Source of the DNA: a virus | Lineage: Duplodnaviria; Caudoviricetes | Virus record (IMG/VR): IMGVR_UViG_3300017770_000042 | Location: 1-38,716 of that record | DNA length: 38,716 bases | Reading direction: 5' to 3' (one strand) | Shown here: positions 9,951 to 17,710 of the stretch, in pieces | Layout of the letters: every line of letters begins with the position of its first letter | Position numbering within the stretch: position 1 is the first letter of the stretch | The notes under the pieces: generated by a model | The model's database searches: none | Seen by the model: only the letters and a program-made list of their open reading frames with translations | What the model was told of the DNA's origin: nothing | Position numbers and translations under genes: made by a program

Positions 9951-10387
9951 ATTCCTAATACCTTAATTGCCTTCATCCTAGAAAGGGTTTGGTTTTCATT
10001 TATCCATTCGCTAGGGATACTTCTATCTGCATAGTCGAATCCATACTTGATACACCACATTGCATAGGTAGTCTTAGACTTAGTACCTAATCTTTTTTTG
10101 GAATTACTAAACACAAATCTAATATCAATCTTAGGGTGTTGTTCCTTTATGAGTTTATGTTTAGTTCTATCTGAACTAAGGAACTGTCCTTTTGTTTCTA
10201 CTATGATTCCATTCGGTAATACAAAATCTGGTTTGTATCTTGAGGTAGGTTTGTTGTAAGTGACCCAACCTTTAGGTTCATAACTAAACTTGATACCTAA
10301 TGCGTTGAGTTCACTTGCAACTTTTTCTTCGAGTCCACTACGATAACCTTTAGCCCTAGCGATTTTACTAAAAGTCCTCTTGTGCAT
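9947..10387 (-). CDS. Endonuclease I (Holliday junction resolvase), T7 gp3-like
   Basis: GYRSGLE, YKPDFVLPNGIIVETKG, DIRFVF, TYAMWC. Likely start MHKRTF at 10387. Confidence 0.95.
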   Translation of the reverse strand: MHKRTFSKIARAKGYRSGLEEKVASELNALGIKFSYEPKGWVTYNKPTSRYKPDFVLPNGIIVETKGQFLSSDRTKHKLIKEQHPKIDIRFVFSNSKKRLGTKSKTTYAMWCIKYGFDYADRSIPSEWINENQTLSRMKAIKVLGI

Positions 10388-10976
10388 CTGCAGTATCGAA
10401 CCCACTTTGACTTGCCTCTGACGAGGCTTCATAACCTTCGGTTGCTTCAAAACCGTAGCTGTTTGCATTACCACCACCCTTTACTAATTCAATTATCTGT
10501 ACTGCTTTTAGTCTCAGGCTTACACCTGCACCAACAGCACCGACATAGTAAGGAGCAAGGTCAGCACTAATCTTAATCTTAGAACCACCCCAGATGTCAT
10601 CTACATCCCTGAGTAAAGTTCCTTTAGCATCAAAAAGTTTTGGAGAGATACGTACAGTCTTACCATCTTTAGTTTGTATCTGTGCTTTAGACTTAAACTT
10701 AAACAAGATGTTACCTGTCTCCTGTTCATCCCCATCTACTTCATTGTAGTAAGGTGGGTCTTGTAACTTAATCTTCTTACCTTCAGGTGCTAGGGCTTTT
10801 GCTTTTTCCATAGCTTCATCTATCTTCTTGATGAGAGGTTCAGCTTCACTACTATGTAGCGAAAGGCTAACCTTGTATTCACCTAACGCATTAAACTTTG
10901 TGTCAGGATTAATCAACCAAGGATAGATTGCTCTACCTGCAGGTGTGACTATATTTTCGTATTGTATTTTATTCAT
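10368..10976 (-). CDS. Single-stranded DNA-binding protein, T7 gp2.5-like
   Basis: TPAGRAIYPWL..PD, GVSLRLKAVQIIEL, acidic tail ending in F (AQEDF). Confidence 0.93.
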   Translation of the reverse strand: MNKIQYENIVTPAGRAIYPWLINPDTKFNALGEYKVSLSLHSSEAEPLIKKIDEAMEKAKALAPEGKKIKLQDPPYYNEVDGDEQETGNILFKFKSKAQIQTKDGKTVRISPKLFDAKGTLLRDVDDIWGGSKIKISADLAPYYVGAVGAGVSLRLKAVQIIELVKGGGNANSYGFEATEGYEASSEASQSGFDTADAQEDF

Positions 10977-11002
10977 TATTAACCTCTTAATAGTTTCATT
11001 GG

Positions 11003-11021
11003 TCTAAGTGAGTGGGTATTA
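11003..11021 (-). promoter_or_regulatory. Phage RNAP promoter for the replication operon
   Basis: TAATACCCACTCACTTAGA immediately after the RNAP stop; resembles T7/T3 promoters. Confidence 0.8.
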
Positions 11022-11022
11022 A

Positions 11023-13428
11023 TTATGCAAAGAAAAAGGAACTCTCAAGCACGTGGTCTAAAACAAGATTACCTTTAGTTGGTATTGGTTCTATCTCTTT
11101 GTGTCTGTGTTCAGGTAGAACTTCTAAAAGATAATTCCTAAACTCTTCTAGTACATCCATCTGTGAATACATCTCAACAAATGCAGTACGTAATGCACCC
11201 CACATTTCTTCAGCATCTGCAGCATGAGTACCATAGCTATCATGTACCATTGCAAAAGAATGTATGTCTAACTGCTTGGCAACATGAAGAGTAATCATCA
11301 GGTGACTAGCATCAATACTATGTACAAAGTTAGGAGAGATACCATTAGCCTGTCGGTTCTTATCTAACTTACCTGTCTGTGCATACACTCTAGGTTTAAA
11401 TACTTTGCCAAGTAACTTGGTTTGTATCTGACTAGACTTAACTTCTTGGTATGCCTGTAGCACAGGAAGATTACATGGTGTGTCCCACCTGATAGGTAGT
11501 CCTTCTGAAGATGCAACCCTTGCTGCTTTTTGTAACCATGCCATAGCATCAGTTGCTGCATGAACAACCTCAGATATAGATTGCCATATCAACTTGGACA
11601 AGAAGGTTGCTGCTTTAAATACATCCTCACCGAATGGATGTGAGATACCTTTGTCACGTTGCTCAACAATATAATCCATTACAAAATCTGTAAAAGAATA
11701 TTGCTTACCACCATAAGGCAACACCATACATGGACGTTTGCAACAAGACCTAGATACACCATACTCAATCCACTTCTGTGCTAAATCATCTGGCATTTCT
11801 TTTAGCTTATGTGTAACTGTATCAGCTACCTTCTGATAGATGTCTTGTGGGTCATCCATTGGTACAAGATTAACTTCTTTACCTGTAGTCTCTGACCTTA
11901 ACATTGCTGCAAAATGTTGGAGTCCATTACAACTACCATCAGCACAGACAGGAAGACTAGACTCAAAGTTCTCAGGGTCAGCAACAAGACCTTCCCATTC
12001 TTTACAGAAAGCTAAGAACTGAAAAGGTTTATCAGATTCTTTAGCCCACCATAGGTCAGCCAATGGGTCTTTGGCACAGGATAGTATTCTCTCTTGGTTA
12101 TCTTGCACCCAATCAATACGTTCTTGCAAAGATGATTTATCATAACCAAACATATTTGCCCCATGTATAGCTAAGTGACAAGCCCCTTGCTCATTTAATT
12201 TTTTTGCCTCAGAAAAAAGCAGTAGTCCTTTGGCAAAGTCTGTGCCCTGTGGGTTCAGATAGTTTGGTACTGCATAGATACGTCCTCTAAAATCTAACTG
12301 ATACACCATGTAGATAGCCTTCTCATCTTTGAACTTGTCAGCTATCTGTATTGTCTTCCTTAACAAGAGTCTCTTTGATGCCATACGATTGTTCTCTGTA
12401 TGTATGATGACTGCATTTCTTTTCCAATTAATCTTAGCTTGTTTATTGGTAGCAATATCATGTGGCTTGTTAGGAATTTCTGCGTTCTCTGATGGTGGTA
12501 AGCTAGGTAAAGCTATGCCACTATCCCAGATGTCCTTCAGTACCTGTAAGACAAACTGATTGACCTTGAACCCTGTCTGTTGCATGGCATTGACTGCTCC
12601 ATACACCATAGGCATATCAAAGTGCTTGAGTTCTTGTAGGTAGTTCTTGTTCTCAGTCTTAACAAGAGGTATCTGACGAACATGATGAGTGTGATAACCA
12701 CCATCCGTAGGTGTAGTCCAATCTTTAGGTGGAACAACACAAGGATAAAACTCAGGTCTGAGTATCTCTTGGAAAGCACTAAGGTCTTTGATTATCTTTA
12801 GTGTAGTTTCTGATGCCAACAAGAGTTGTCTTCTCTTGCCACCCTTCATCATACTCTTCAGTTCTAACAGACCTGTATTGACTATAGTTAAATCAAGTAA
12901 GGCATTACCCACCAAGAGTTTCTCTCTCTGTGTCCATGATGCCCACTCTTGACCATCTCTTCTTGATGACTCAATTAACTTACGTCTCTTATAAGTATAG
13001 CCTGATGACCTCTTGTCTAGGTCTTTCTTAACTACCCTATACAGACGAGGATTGTTTTCCTCAAAGGTTCTTATCCTCAACTCATCTTCAATAGCCATAC
13101 CTAAAGCTACTGCAGAACTACTATAGTCTCTCTTCCTAGTTATCTGTGATAGTGCCACCCTCAAGGTGATGACTGCTATGACTGATGGCTCTAGGTCATT
13201 CAACAAGACTGCTGATGTAGCTGACTTACCTGACCTACCCTTCATAGAAGATTCTATATGCTCATTGATGGCTTCTTCTACCTTTAAGACTGTCTGTCTC
13301 AAGAGGTATTGACCATAGGTAGTTGTAGATTCTTGGGCTTTCTCTGCTTTTTGTAGGTTATTCTTGTGGAATCTGTGGATTCCTTCTTCTCGCATTTCAC
13401 GTTCTAACGATACTTGTCGTGTGTCCAT
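11023..13428 (-). CDS. Single-subunit DNA-directed RNA polymerase, T7 gp1-like
   Basis: 801 aa; DFRGRIY, DGSCNGLQH, RSCCKRPCMVLPYG, PNFVHSIDA, HDS, C-terminal FFFA. Confidence 0.98.
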   Translation of the reverse strand: MDTRQVSLEREMREEGIHRFHKNNLQKAEKAQESTTTYGQYLLRQTVLKVEEAINEHIESSMKGRSGKSATSAVLLNDLEPSVIAVITLRVALSQITRKRDYSSSAVALGMAIEDELRIRTFEENNPRLYRVVKKDLDKRSSGYTYKRRKLIESSRRDGQEWASWTQREKLLVGNALLDLTIVNTGLLELKSMMKGGKRRQLLLASETTLKIIKDLSAFQEILRPEFYPCVVPPKDWTTPTDGGYHTHHVRQIPLVKTENKNYLQELKHFDMPMVYGAVNAMQQTGFKVNQFVLQVLKDIWDSGIALPSLPPSENAEIPNKPHDIATNKQAKINWKRNAVIIHTENNRMASKRLLLRKTIQIADKFKDEKAIYMVYQLDFRGRIYAVPNYLNPQGTDFAKGLLLFSEAKKLNEQGACHLAIHGANMFGYDKSSLQERIDWVQDNQERILSCAKDPLADLWWAKESDKPFQFLAFCKEWEGLVADPENFESSLPVCADGSCNGLQHFAAMLRSETTGKEVNLVPMDDPQDIYQKVADTVTHKLKEMPDDLAQKWIEYGVSRSCCKRPCMVLPYGGKQYSFTDFVMDYIVEQRDKGISHPFGEDVFKAATFLSKLIWQSISEVVHAATDAMAWLQKAARVASSEGLPIRWDTPCNLPVLQAYQEVKSSQIQTKLLGKVFKPRVYAQTGKLDKNRQANGISPNFVHSIDASHLMITLHVAKQLDIHSFAMVHDSYGTHAADAEEMWGALRTAFVEMYSQMDVLEEFRNYLLEVLPEHRHKEIEPIPTKGNLVLDHVLESSFFFA

Positions 13429-13486
13429 ACTGAACTCTCCATAAAAGTTGTCTACGATTGTCTAAAAAACCTGACGTAAACAGGAT

Positions 13487-13511
13487 TAAAATGCCCCTGA
13501 GAAATCAGGGG
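13487..13511 (-). terminator. Probable intrinsic terminator between attP core and RNAP gene
   Basis: Perfect 7-bp stem CCCCTGA-TTTC-TCAGGGG followed by CATTTT on the minus strand. Confidence 0.6.
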
Positions 13512-13551
13512 ACTTGTTAACTTTATGAAGTATTTGAATTACTTAGAAGGT

Positions 13552-13606
13552 GTGCCCAGGGTCGGACTCGAACCGACATGACTGTTAAGTCGAGGGATTT
13601 TAAGTC
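13552..13606 (-). mobile_element. attP core: 3' half of tRNA-Leu(TAA)
   Basis: Minus strand GACTTAAAATCCCTCGACTTAACAGTCATGTCGGTTCGAGTCCGACCCTGGGCAC: anticodon loop with TAA, long variable arm, T-arm GTCGG-TTCGAGT-CCGAC, acceptor strand. 5' half absent; lies just downstream of the integrase. Confidence 0.9.
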
Positions 13607-13651
13607 GAGTGACTTAGAATTACCAATCTATAATTCAGATACTTACACATA

Positions 13652-14683
13652 TCAGCCTGTCATATTGTCCATAAATTTGTCATCAGATTCTAACACTCTA
13701 CTCGCATCTAAAAGATTTTGCGTATCTAGGTGTGCATATCTTAGAGTCATGTGTATAGACTTATGACCAAGCCATTGTTGTACAACTTGCAGTTGTATTC
13801 CTCGCTGAACAAGACGAGATGCACAGGTGTGACGTAAGCTATGTAAGACAAACTCTTTGTCATCTTGTAGACCCATGTCCTCACGTAGCCATTCCCATAC
13901 ACGTCTTATCTTGTCTTCTGTAAGATTAAATATAGGTTTGTTTTTTAGTCTGCCTTCTGTGTCAATACGAGTCTGTAATATATTTTTGACTCGTCTTGTC
14001 AACGGAACAGTACGAGGATGTCCGTTCTTAGTTTCCCAAACAGAAAGAGTTCCTTTGTCTAGGTCAACGTCACGACAGGACAAACGTAAGCCCTCTCCTC
14101 TACGTAAACCTGTGTCCAACAGGAACAAGAAAAAATCTCTGCAGTCTATCTCTTGTTTAGCAGTTAAGATTTGAACAAGATAGGCTTCTTCTTCTTGGAT
14201 TAAATATCTTAGTCTACCATTCTTAGTTGGTATCCAATCAAGTTTAGGTTTCCTATCTATCCACCCTCTGTCTACTGCTAGATTTAGTGACTTAGATATA
14301 CAAGCACTAATCTTGTTGAGTGATGATGCTGATGCACCATTCTTTTTGAAGTGTTGTATAACGTCATCAATCAGAGTGGCACTTATGTCTGCAATAGGAA
14401 CATGACGTCCCATGACATCAAGTATTTTATCTTGTCTACGTATCTGTGTTAGACCCCAATCAGAGTCTGACCAATACTTATCTGCAGTTTTACGGAACAA
14501 GATTTCAGATGTCATACCTAAGACACAGTTTGCCTCTGGTAAAGGTAACCCATCTTCAATACATTTCATACAATGCTTCTCAAGTTTGACTGCATCATTC
14601 CTAGAGGAACATGACTTGCGAAATACGACACCCTTCTTACGAATGTCTACTTGCCAAGCATTTGCTATTTTTCTAATTGGCAT
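13652..14683 (-). CDS. int: Tyrosine integrase
   Basis: TGLRRGE (R), TKNG (K), HSLRHTCASRL (HxxR), WLGHKS (H), TLRYAH (Y). Confidence 0.95.
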   Translation of the reverse strand: MPIRKIANAWQVDIRKKGVVFRKSCSSRNDAVKLEKHCMKCIEDGLPLPEANCVLGMTSEILFRKTADKYWSDSDWGLTQIRRQDKILDVMGRHVPIADISATLIDDVIQHFKKNGASASSLNKISACISKSLNLAVDRGWIDRKPKLDWIPTKNGRLRYLIQEEEAYLVQILTAKQEIDCRDFFLFLLDTGLRRGEGLRLSCRDVDLDKGTLSVWETKNGHPRTVPLTRRVKNILQTRIDTEGRLKNKPIFNLTEDKIRRVWEWLREDMGLQDDKEFVLHSLRHTCASRLVQRGIQLQVVQQWLGHKSIHMTLRYAHLDTQNLLDASRVLESDDKFMDNMTG

Positions 14684-14718
14684 ATGATTCTCCTATGGTT
14701 TGAGGTGCGTATATTAAT

Positions 14719-14973
14719 TTAAAATAAAGGGTCAAACAAGATACCTTTTTGCATTAATTTATGATAATGATTTGCTTGTGATTTGTAGAACTCTGCTCGT
14801 TGGGAGTTCTCGTCCCATTCAAAGTCATACTGAAGTTGACGTAGCTTTTTATATTCGCTTACTACGTCAACAAGATGTGTGTTTGTTGGTATTGGGTCAA
14901 TGTACAAGTATCTTCTCCTCTTTAACTCTGTAAAAATCTGAATCATTAGTACATATATCGTTATCCTCATCAT
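14719..14973 (-). CDS. Hypothetical early protein (true start probably ~14907)
   Basis: ORF track; fills the gap before the integrase. Confidence 0.55.
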   Translation of the reverse strand: MMRITIYVLMIQIFTELKRRRYLYIDPIPTNTHLVDVVSEYKKLRQLQYDFEWDENSQRAEFYKSQANHYHKLMQKGILFDPLF

Positions 14974-15187
14974 AATAACAAGAGTAGATAGAACAATATG
15001 TCACATTAGTAACATCATCAGTCCATATATTAAAATCATATGGTCTATCTCTGTACCAAAATGAGTGCCAAGTATCACCAATGTCATCATTTTGTATTGC
15101 TTCTGCCCACATAGTTTTTACTGAAGCATCAACAAACAATTTAAATTTATTACTTGTTTTATATTCAAGTTCAATCAGGTTCATCAT
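14897..15187 (-). CDS. Hypothetical early protein
   Basis: 96 aa, AAGGA RBS, packed in operon. Confidence 0.7.
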   Translation of the reverse strand: MMNLIELEYKTSNKFKLFVDASVKTMWAEAIQNDDIGDTWHSFWYRDRPYDFNIWTDDVTNVTYCSIYSCYYDEDNDICTNDSDFYRVKEEKILVH

Positions 15188-15347
15188 CAGTCCTTTCTAT
15201 AGGTAAATAAACGTCAACATGAGAGTTACAATTAGGGTTAGGACAAGAGAGGTTAGTGACTATACCTTCGTATGCATAGCCATCCTCCTCGCTTATATCA
15301 TGGTCACCACCCCATATTAATTCAGTATTACAATGCCAACAGTTCAT
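15171..15347 (-). CDS. Small zinc-ribbon protein (58 aa), not in ORF track
   Basis: MNCWHCNTELIWGGDHDISEEDGYAYEGIVTNLSCPNPNCNSHVDVYLPIERTDDEPD; start overlaps the upstream stop (TAATG). Confidence 0.8.
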   Translation of the reverse strand: MNCWHCNTELIWGGDHDISEEDGYAYEGIVTNLSCPNPNCNSHVDVYLPIERTDDEPD

Positions 15348-15709
15348 TAGTTTCCCTTAGTACAATAAGTATTTATTTGTGAGTCATCACCATACTCAGT
15401 ACCATGATACTCAACAGAAGACGTATCAAGATGGGCTACTTGTCCTTCAGCATAACCATGCTCACTACATAATTCTCCTACTTGTTCATCAGTCAATGGA
15501 ACGTCTGACTCTACAGTCCATGTCCTGATGTCAACTGATTGTTCTTCATGTGTATATCTATACTTCACAGAGTCCTCCTCTAAAGTTTCTAATCGTTCTA
15601 TCATTTGTTTATATTGTTCGTCATTACTTTGAGTACAACCATCAAGACCTAACATATCTTTGATAGCATACTTAACCTTTAATAGTTCTAGTTTAATTTT
15701 CTGTGTCAT
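15347..15709 (-). CDS. Hypothetical acidic early protein
   Basis: 120 aa, TAATG coupling on both sides. Confidence 0.7.
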   Translation of the reverse strand: MTQKIKLELLKVKYAIKDMLGLDGCTQSNDEQYKQMIERLETLEEDSVKYRYTHEEQSVDIRTWTVESDVPLTDEQVGELCSEHGYAEGQVAHLDTSSVEYHGTEYGDDSQINTYCTKGN

Positions 15710-15951
15710 TAAACTTGTTCCTTTATAAATACTTTATTCCAAGTTTCTTCAATCTCATCATCAAGATTACCTTCTTCAATAAAATCTAGTTGGTCTTTGA
15801 CGTATTGCATACGACATTGTTCAAGTGTCCAAAAGTCTGTTGCTACTTCTTCAAAAAACAATACAGGTTGAAGTTCTTCCTTGCTCATATTTAATGCTTG
15901 GTAATATAAAATATTAACCAATGCTTTTTTATATCGTGTTTCTACTTTCAT
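15709..15951 (-). CDS. Hypothetical acidic early protein
   Basis: 80 aa, GGAG RBS. Confidence 0.7.
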   Translation of the reverse strand: MKVETRYKKALVNILYYQALNMSKEELQPVLFFEEVATDFWTLEQCRMQYVKDQLDFIEEGNLDDEIEETWNKVFIKEQV

Positions 15952-15954
15952 TGT

Positions 15955-16242
15955 TTACTCCACTTCAATACCAATTTGGTCTACGTCATTTATAGTTAAC
16001 TTAATAGTATCTCCAACTTTGATGTACTTCTTCCACATAGGAAAAGCTATACGTCTATCTTTCCTACCCTTAGTCCTAAATAGTTTAAGAGTACAATCAT
16101 CTTCGTATATACCTCTAATCATGTAGTAAGCACCATAAGTATTGAATGGTTCTTCACCAAAGTAATGCTCAAAGAAACCCATGACAGACTTGTTAGCATC
16201 TATACAAGACTTGTCATACATTGTTTGTGTTACAGTAATCAT
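15955..16242 (-). CDS. Hypothetical early protein
   Basis: 95 aa, strong GGAGG RBS. Confidence 0.75.
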   Translation of the reverse strand: MITVTQTMYDKSCIDANKSVMGFFEHYFGEEPFNTYGAYYMIRGIYEDDCTLKLFRTKGRKDRRIAFPMWKKYIKVGDTIKLTINDVDQIGIEVE

Positions 16243-16251
16243 TTAGTCCTC

Positions 16252-16410
16252 CTATATATTTAATTGGCTTAAGTTATCTAAGGCTAAGTTATCTAGTACT
16301 AAGTACCTTACCTCTGTATAACAATCATCACATAATAATAAATCTGATATATTGTTTGCCATATCTTCAGGGTTACCCTTAACCTCTTTACATTTACCAC
16401 ATTTAATCAT
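16252..16410 (-). CDS. Small zinc-finger protein (52 aa), not in ORF track
   Basis: MIKCGKCKEVKGNPEDMANNISDLLLCDDCYTEVRYLVLDNLALDNLSQLNI; two CxxC; GGAGG RBS. Confidence 0.8.
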   Translation of the reverse strand: MIKCGKCKEVKGNPEDMANNISDLLLCDDCYTEVRYLVLDNLALDNLSQLNI

Positions 16411-16431
16411 TTAGTCCTCCATTAAAGTTAA

Positions 16432-16483
16432 TACTTGTAGACACATGGAAAAACTATGAAGAAAAGCCATGTGTCTACAAATA
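16432..16483 (-). promoter_or_regulatory. Long leader hairpin (RNase III-site-like)
   Basis: Perfect 14-bp inverted repeat TTGTAGACACATGG (16435-48) / CCATGTGTCTACAA (16467-80), extended by a G-U pair on the minus strand. Confidence 0.65.
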
Positions 16484-16549
16484 CAAACTTACATATAGGA
16501 AGTGCTATATAAAATTACAAGAGGGAACAAGAAAAAAAATTTATGAAGG

Positions 16550-16564
16550 GAACAAGAAGGGAAC
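16550..16564. promoter_or_regulatory. Alphaproteobacterial-type LexA (SOS) box over a candidate early promoter
   Basis: GAAC-AAGAAGG-GAAC = GAAC-N7-GAAC; extra half-site at 16525-28; minus-strand TTGTTC-N17-TAAATT overlaps it. Confidence 0.65.
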
Positions 16565-16667
16565 AAGATGCAAAATATGGTGAATTTTTGGGAAATTTTA
16601 GAATATAGATTATTAACTTGTTAAATAAAATTCTCGAGCTGAGTTTTTTTAATTAATTTTAGGCAAT

Positions 16668-16705
16668 AAAAAAGGTCTATAAAAATTAATCTATAGACCT
16701 TTTTT
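16668..16705. terminator. Intrinsic terminator (potentially bidirectional) closing the first-entry module
   Basis: AAAAAAGGTCTATA...TATAGACCTTTTTT inverted repeat directly after the 16706 stop codon. Confidence 0.75.
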
Positions 16706-17314
16706 TTATTTAACCTTTTCAATAATAGTAGTCGTTTTATTTTTGGTGTAACAAAGTAAACAATCTTTACATTTAGAAAAACAATTTATTTTAAAATCAT
16801 TAACTTTGTCTTTAGTAATATTATTAAATGTTTTATCAAAATGTTTAATTGGAAAATAAACAGGTTTGTTTAATTTACTATTTGAATAAACCAAAAATAA
16901 GTTTTTAGGTTTTTTATGAGTATCAAAAAATATGGTTATTAAATCATATCTTTTAGACCATAATGTAAAATTACAATGTTTATTCTTTTTTGCAATATTT
17001 ACCAGATTTTCAAGATGTATTAAATTAATTAATTCACCATGCGAATTGAACCTAAAATAACTATTAAATATAGTAGGTAATAAAGATTTTTGAATTAATT
17101 GCTCACTTAATAAACGACTATTCTTATCTAAAACATTTACCATATTTTTACGAAAAGTTTTTAATGATTTTTGGCTATAACATAAACTACAAATAGACTT
17201 TTTATTTTTAGCTTGTTTACTACAATAATCATTAGTTAAGGTATTTGTTGAAATACTATTAATTAACTCTAGTTTTCCAGAACCTTTTGAAATATGTATT
17301 TGTGAAAATTCCAT
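16706..17314 (-). CDS. Phage GP88-like Cys-rich protein (radical-SAM-like features)
   Basis: Start MEFSQ at 17314 with AAGGGG RBS; C-x9-C-x2-CY, FRFNSHGE, LWSKR, C-terminal C-x3-C-x2-C-x2-C. Confidence 0.65.
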   Translation of the reverse strand: MEFSQIHISKGSGKLELINSISTNTLTNDYCSKQAKNKKSICSLCYSQKSLKTFRKNMVNVLDKNSRLLSEQLIQKSLLPTIFNSYFRFNSHGELINLIHLENLVNIAKKNKHCNFTLWSKRYDLITIFFDTHKKPKNLFLVYSNSKLNKPVYFPIKHFDKTFNNITKDKVNDFKINCFSKCKDCLLCYTKNKTTTIIEKVK

Positions 17315-17348
17315 TTTAAACCCCTTGTAATAGTTAAAAGTTAATATC

Positions 17349-17367
17349 CAAGGTTTTAGAAGGTTAG
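17349..17367. repeat. Arm of long-range inverted repeat (partner 18090-18108)
   Basis: CAAGGTTTTAGAAGGTTAG is the exact reverse complement of CTAACCTTCTAAAACCTTG. Confidence 0.9.
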
Positions 17368-17476
17368 ACGATTTAAAACCGTCCAAACCCTTTTAAAATG
17401 TTTTTAAGCTATAATTAATATAAAACCAATAAAGCTAATTAATAAGATTGTTTCAAGTAATGCTTTAATAATCATA

Positions 17477-17710
17477 TTAGAACCTACTATCACTAAAACG
17501 TGATAACCCACGTTTATTTAATATATAACTAAAAGCTATATCATAAGATTTACCACCAAATACACTATGTACAATATGACATAATTGTTTAGTTGAAAAA
17601 CCTTTAGTACTTGAGTTTTTAGCTTCTATAATTAAATCATCAACGTATTTATGGACATCAACAATTAAATTATAACTATCTTGTAGCCTGTTAGCTTTTT
17701 CATTAATCAT
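17477..17710 (-). CDS. Hypothetical early protein
   Basis: 77 aa, AAGGTG RBS, TAATG coupling. Confidence 0.65.
   Translation of the reverse strand: MINEKANRLQDSYNLIVDVHKYVDDLIIEAKNSSTKGFSTKQLCHIVHSVFGGKSYDIAFSYILNKRGLSRFSDSRF

Noticed and set aside
13552-13640. Complete phage tRNA-Leu gene
   Set aside because: No D-arm or 5' acceptor strand; anticodon-stem pairing breaks at 13607. Better explained as attP.
14690-14718. Possible fourth phage promoter before int (TAATATACGCACCTCA)
   Set aside because: Needs gaps and mismatches to fit the 19-bp consensus.
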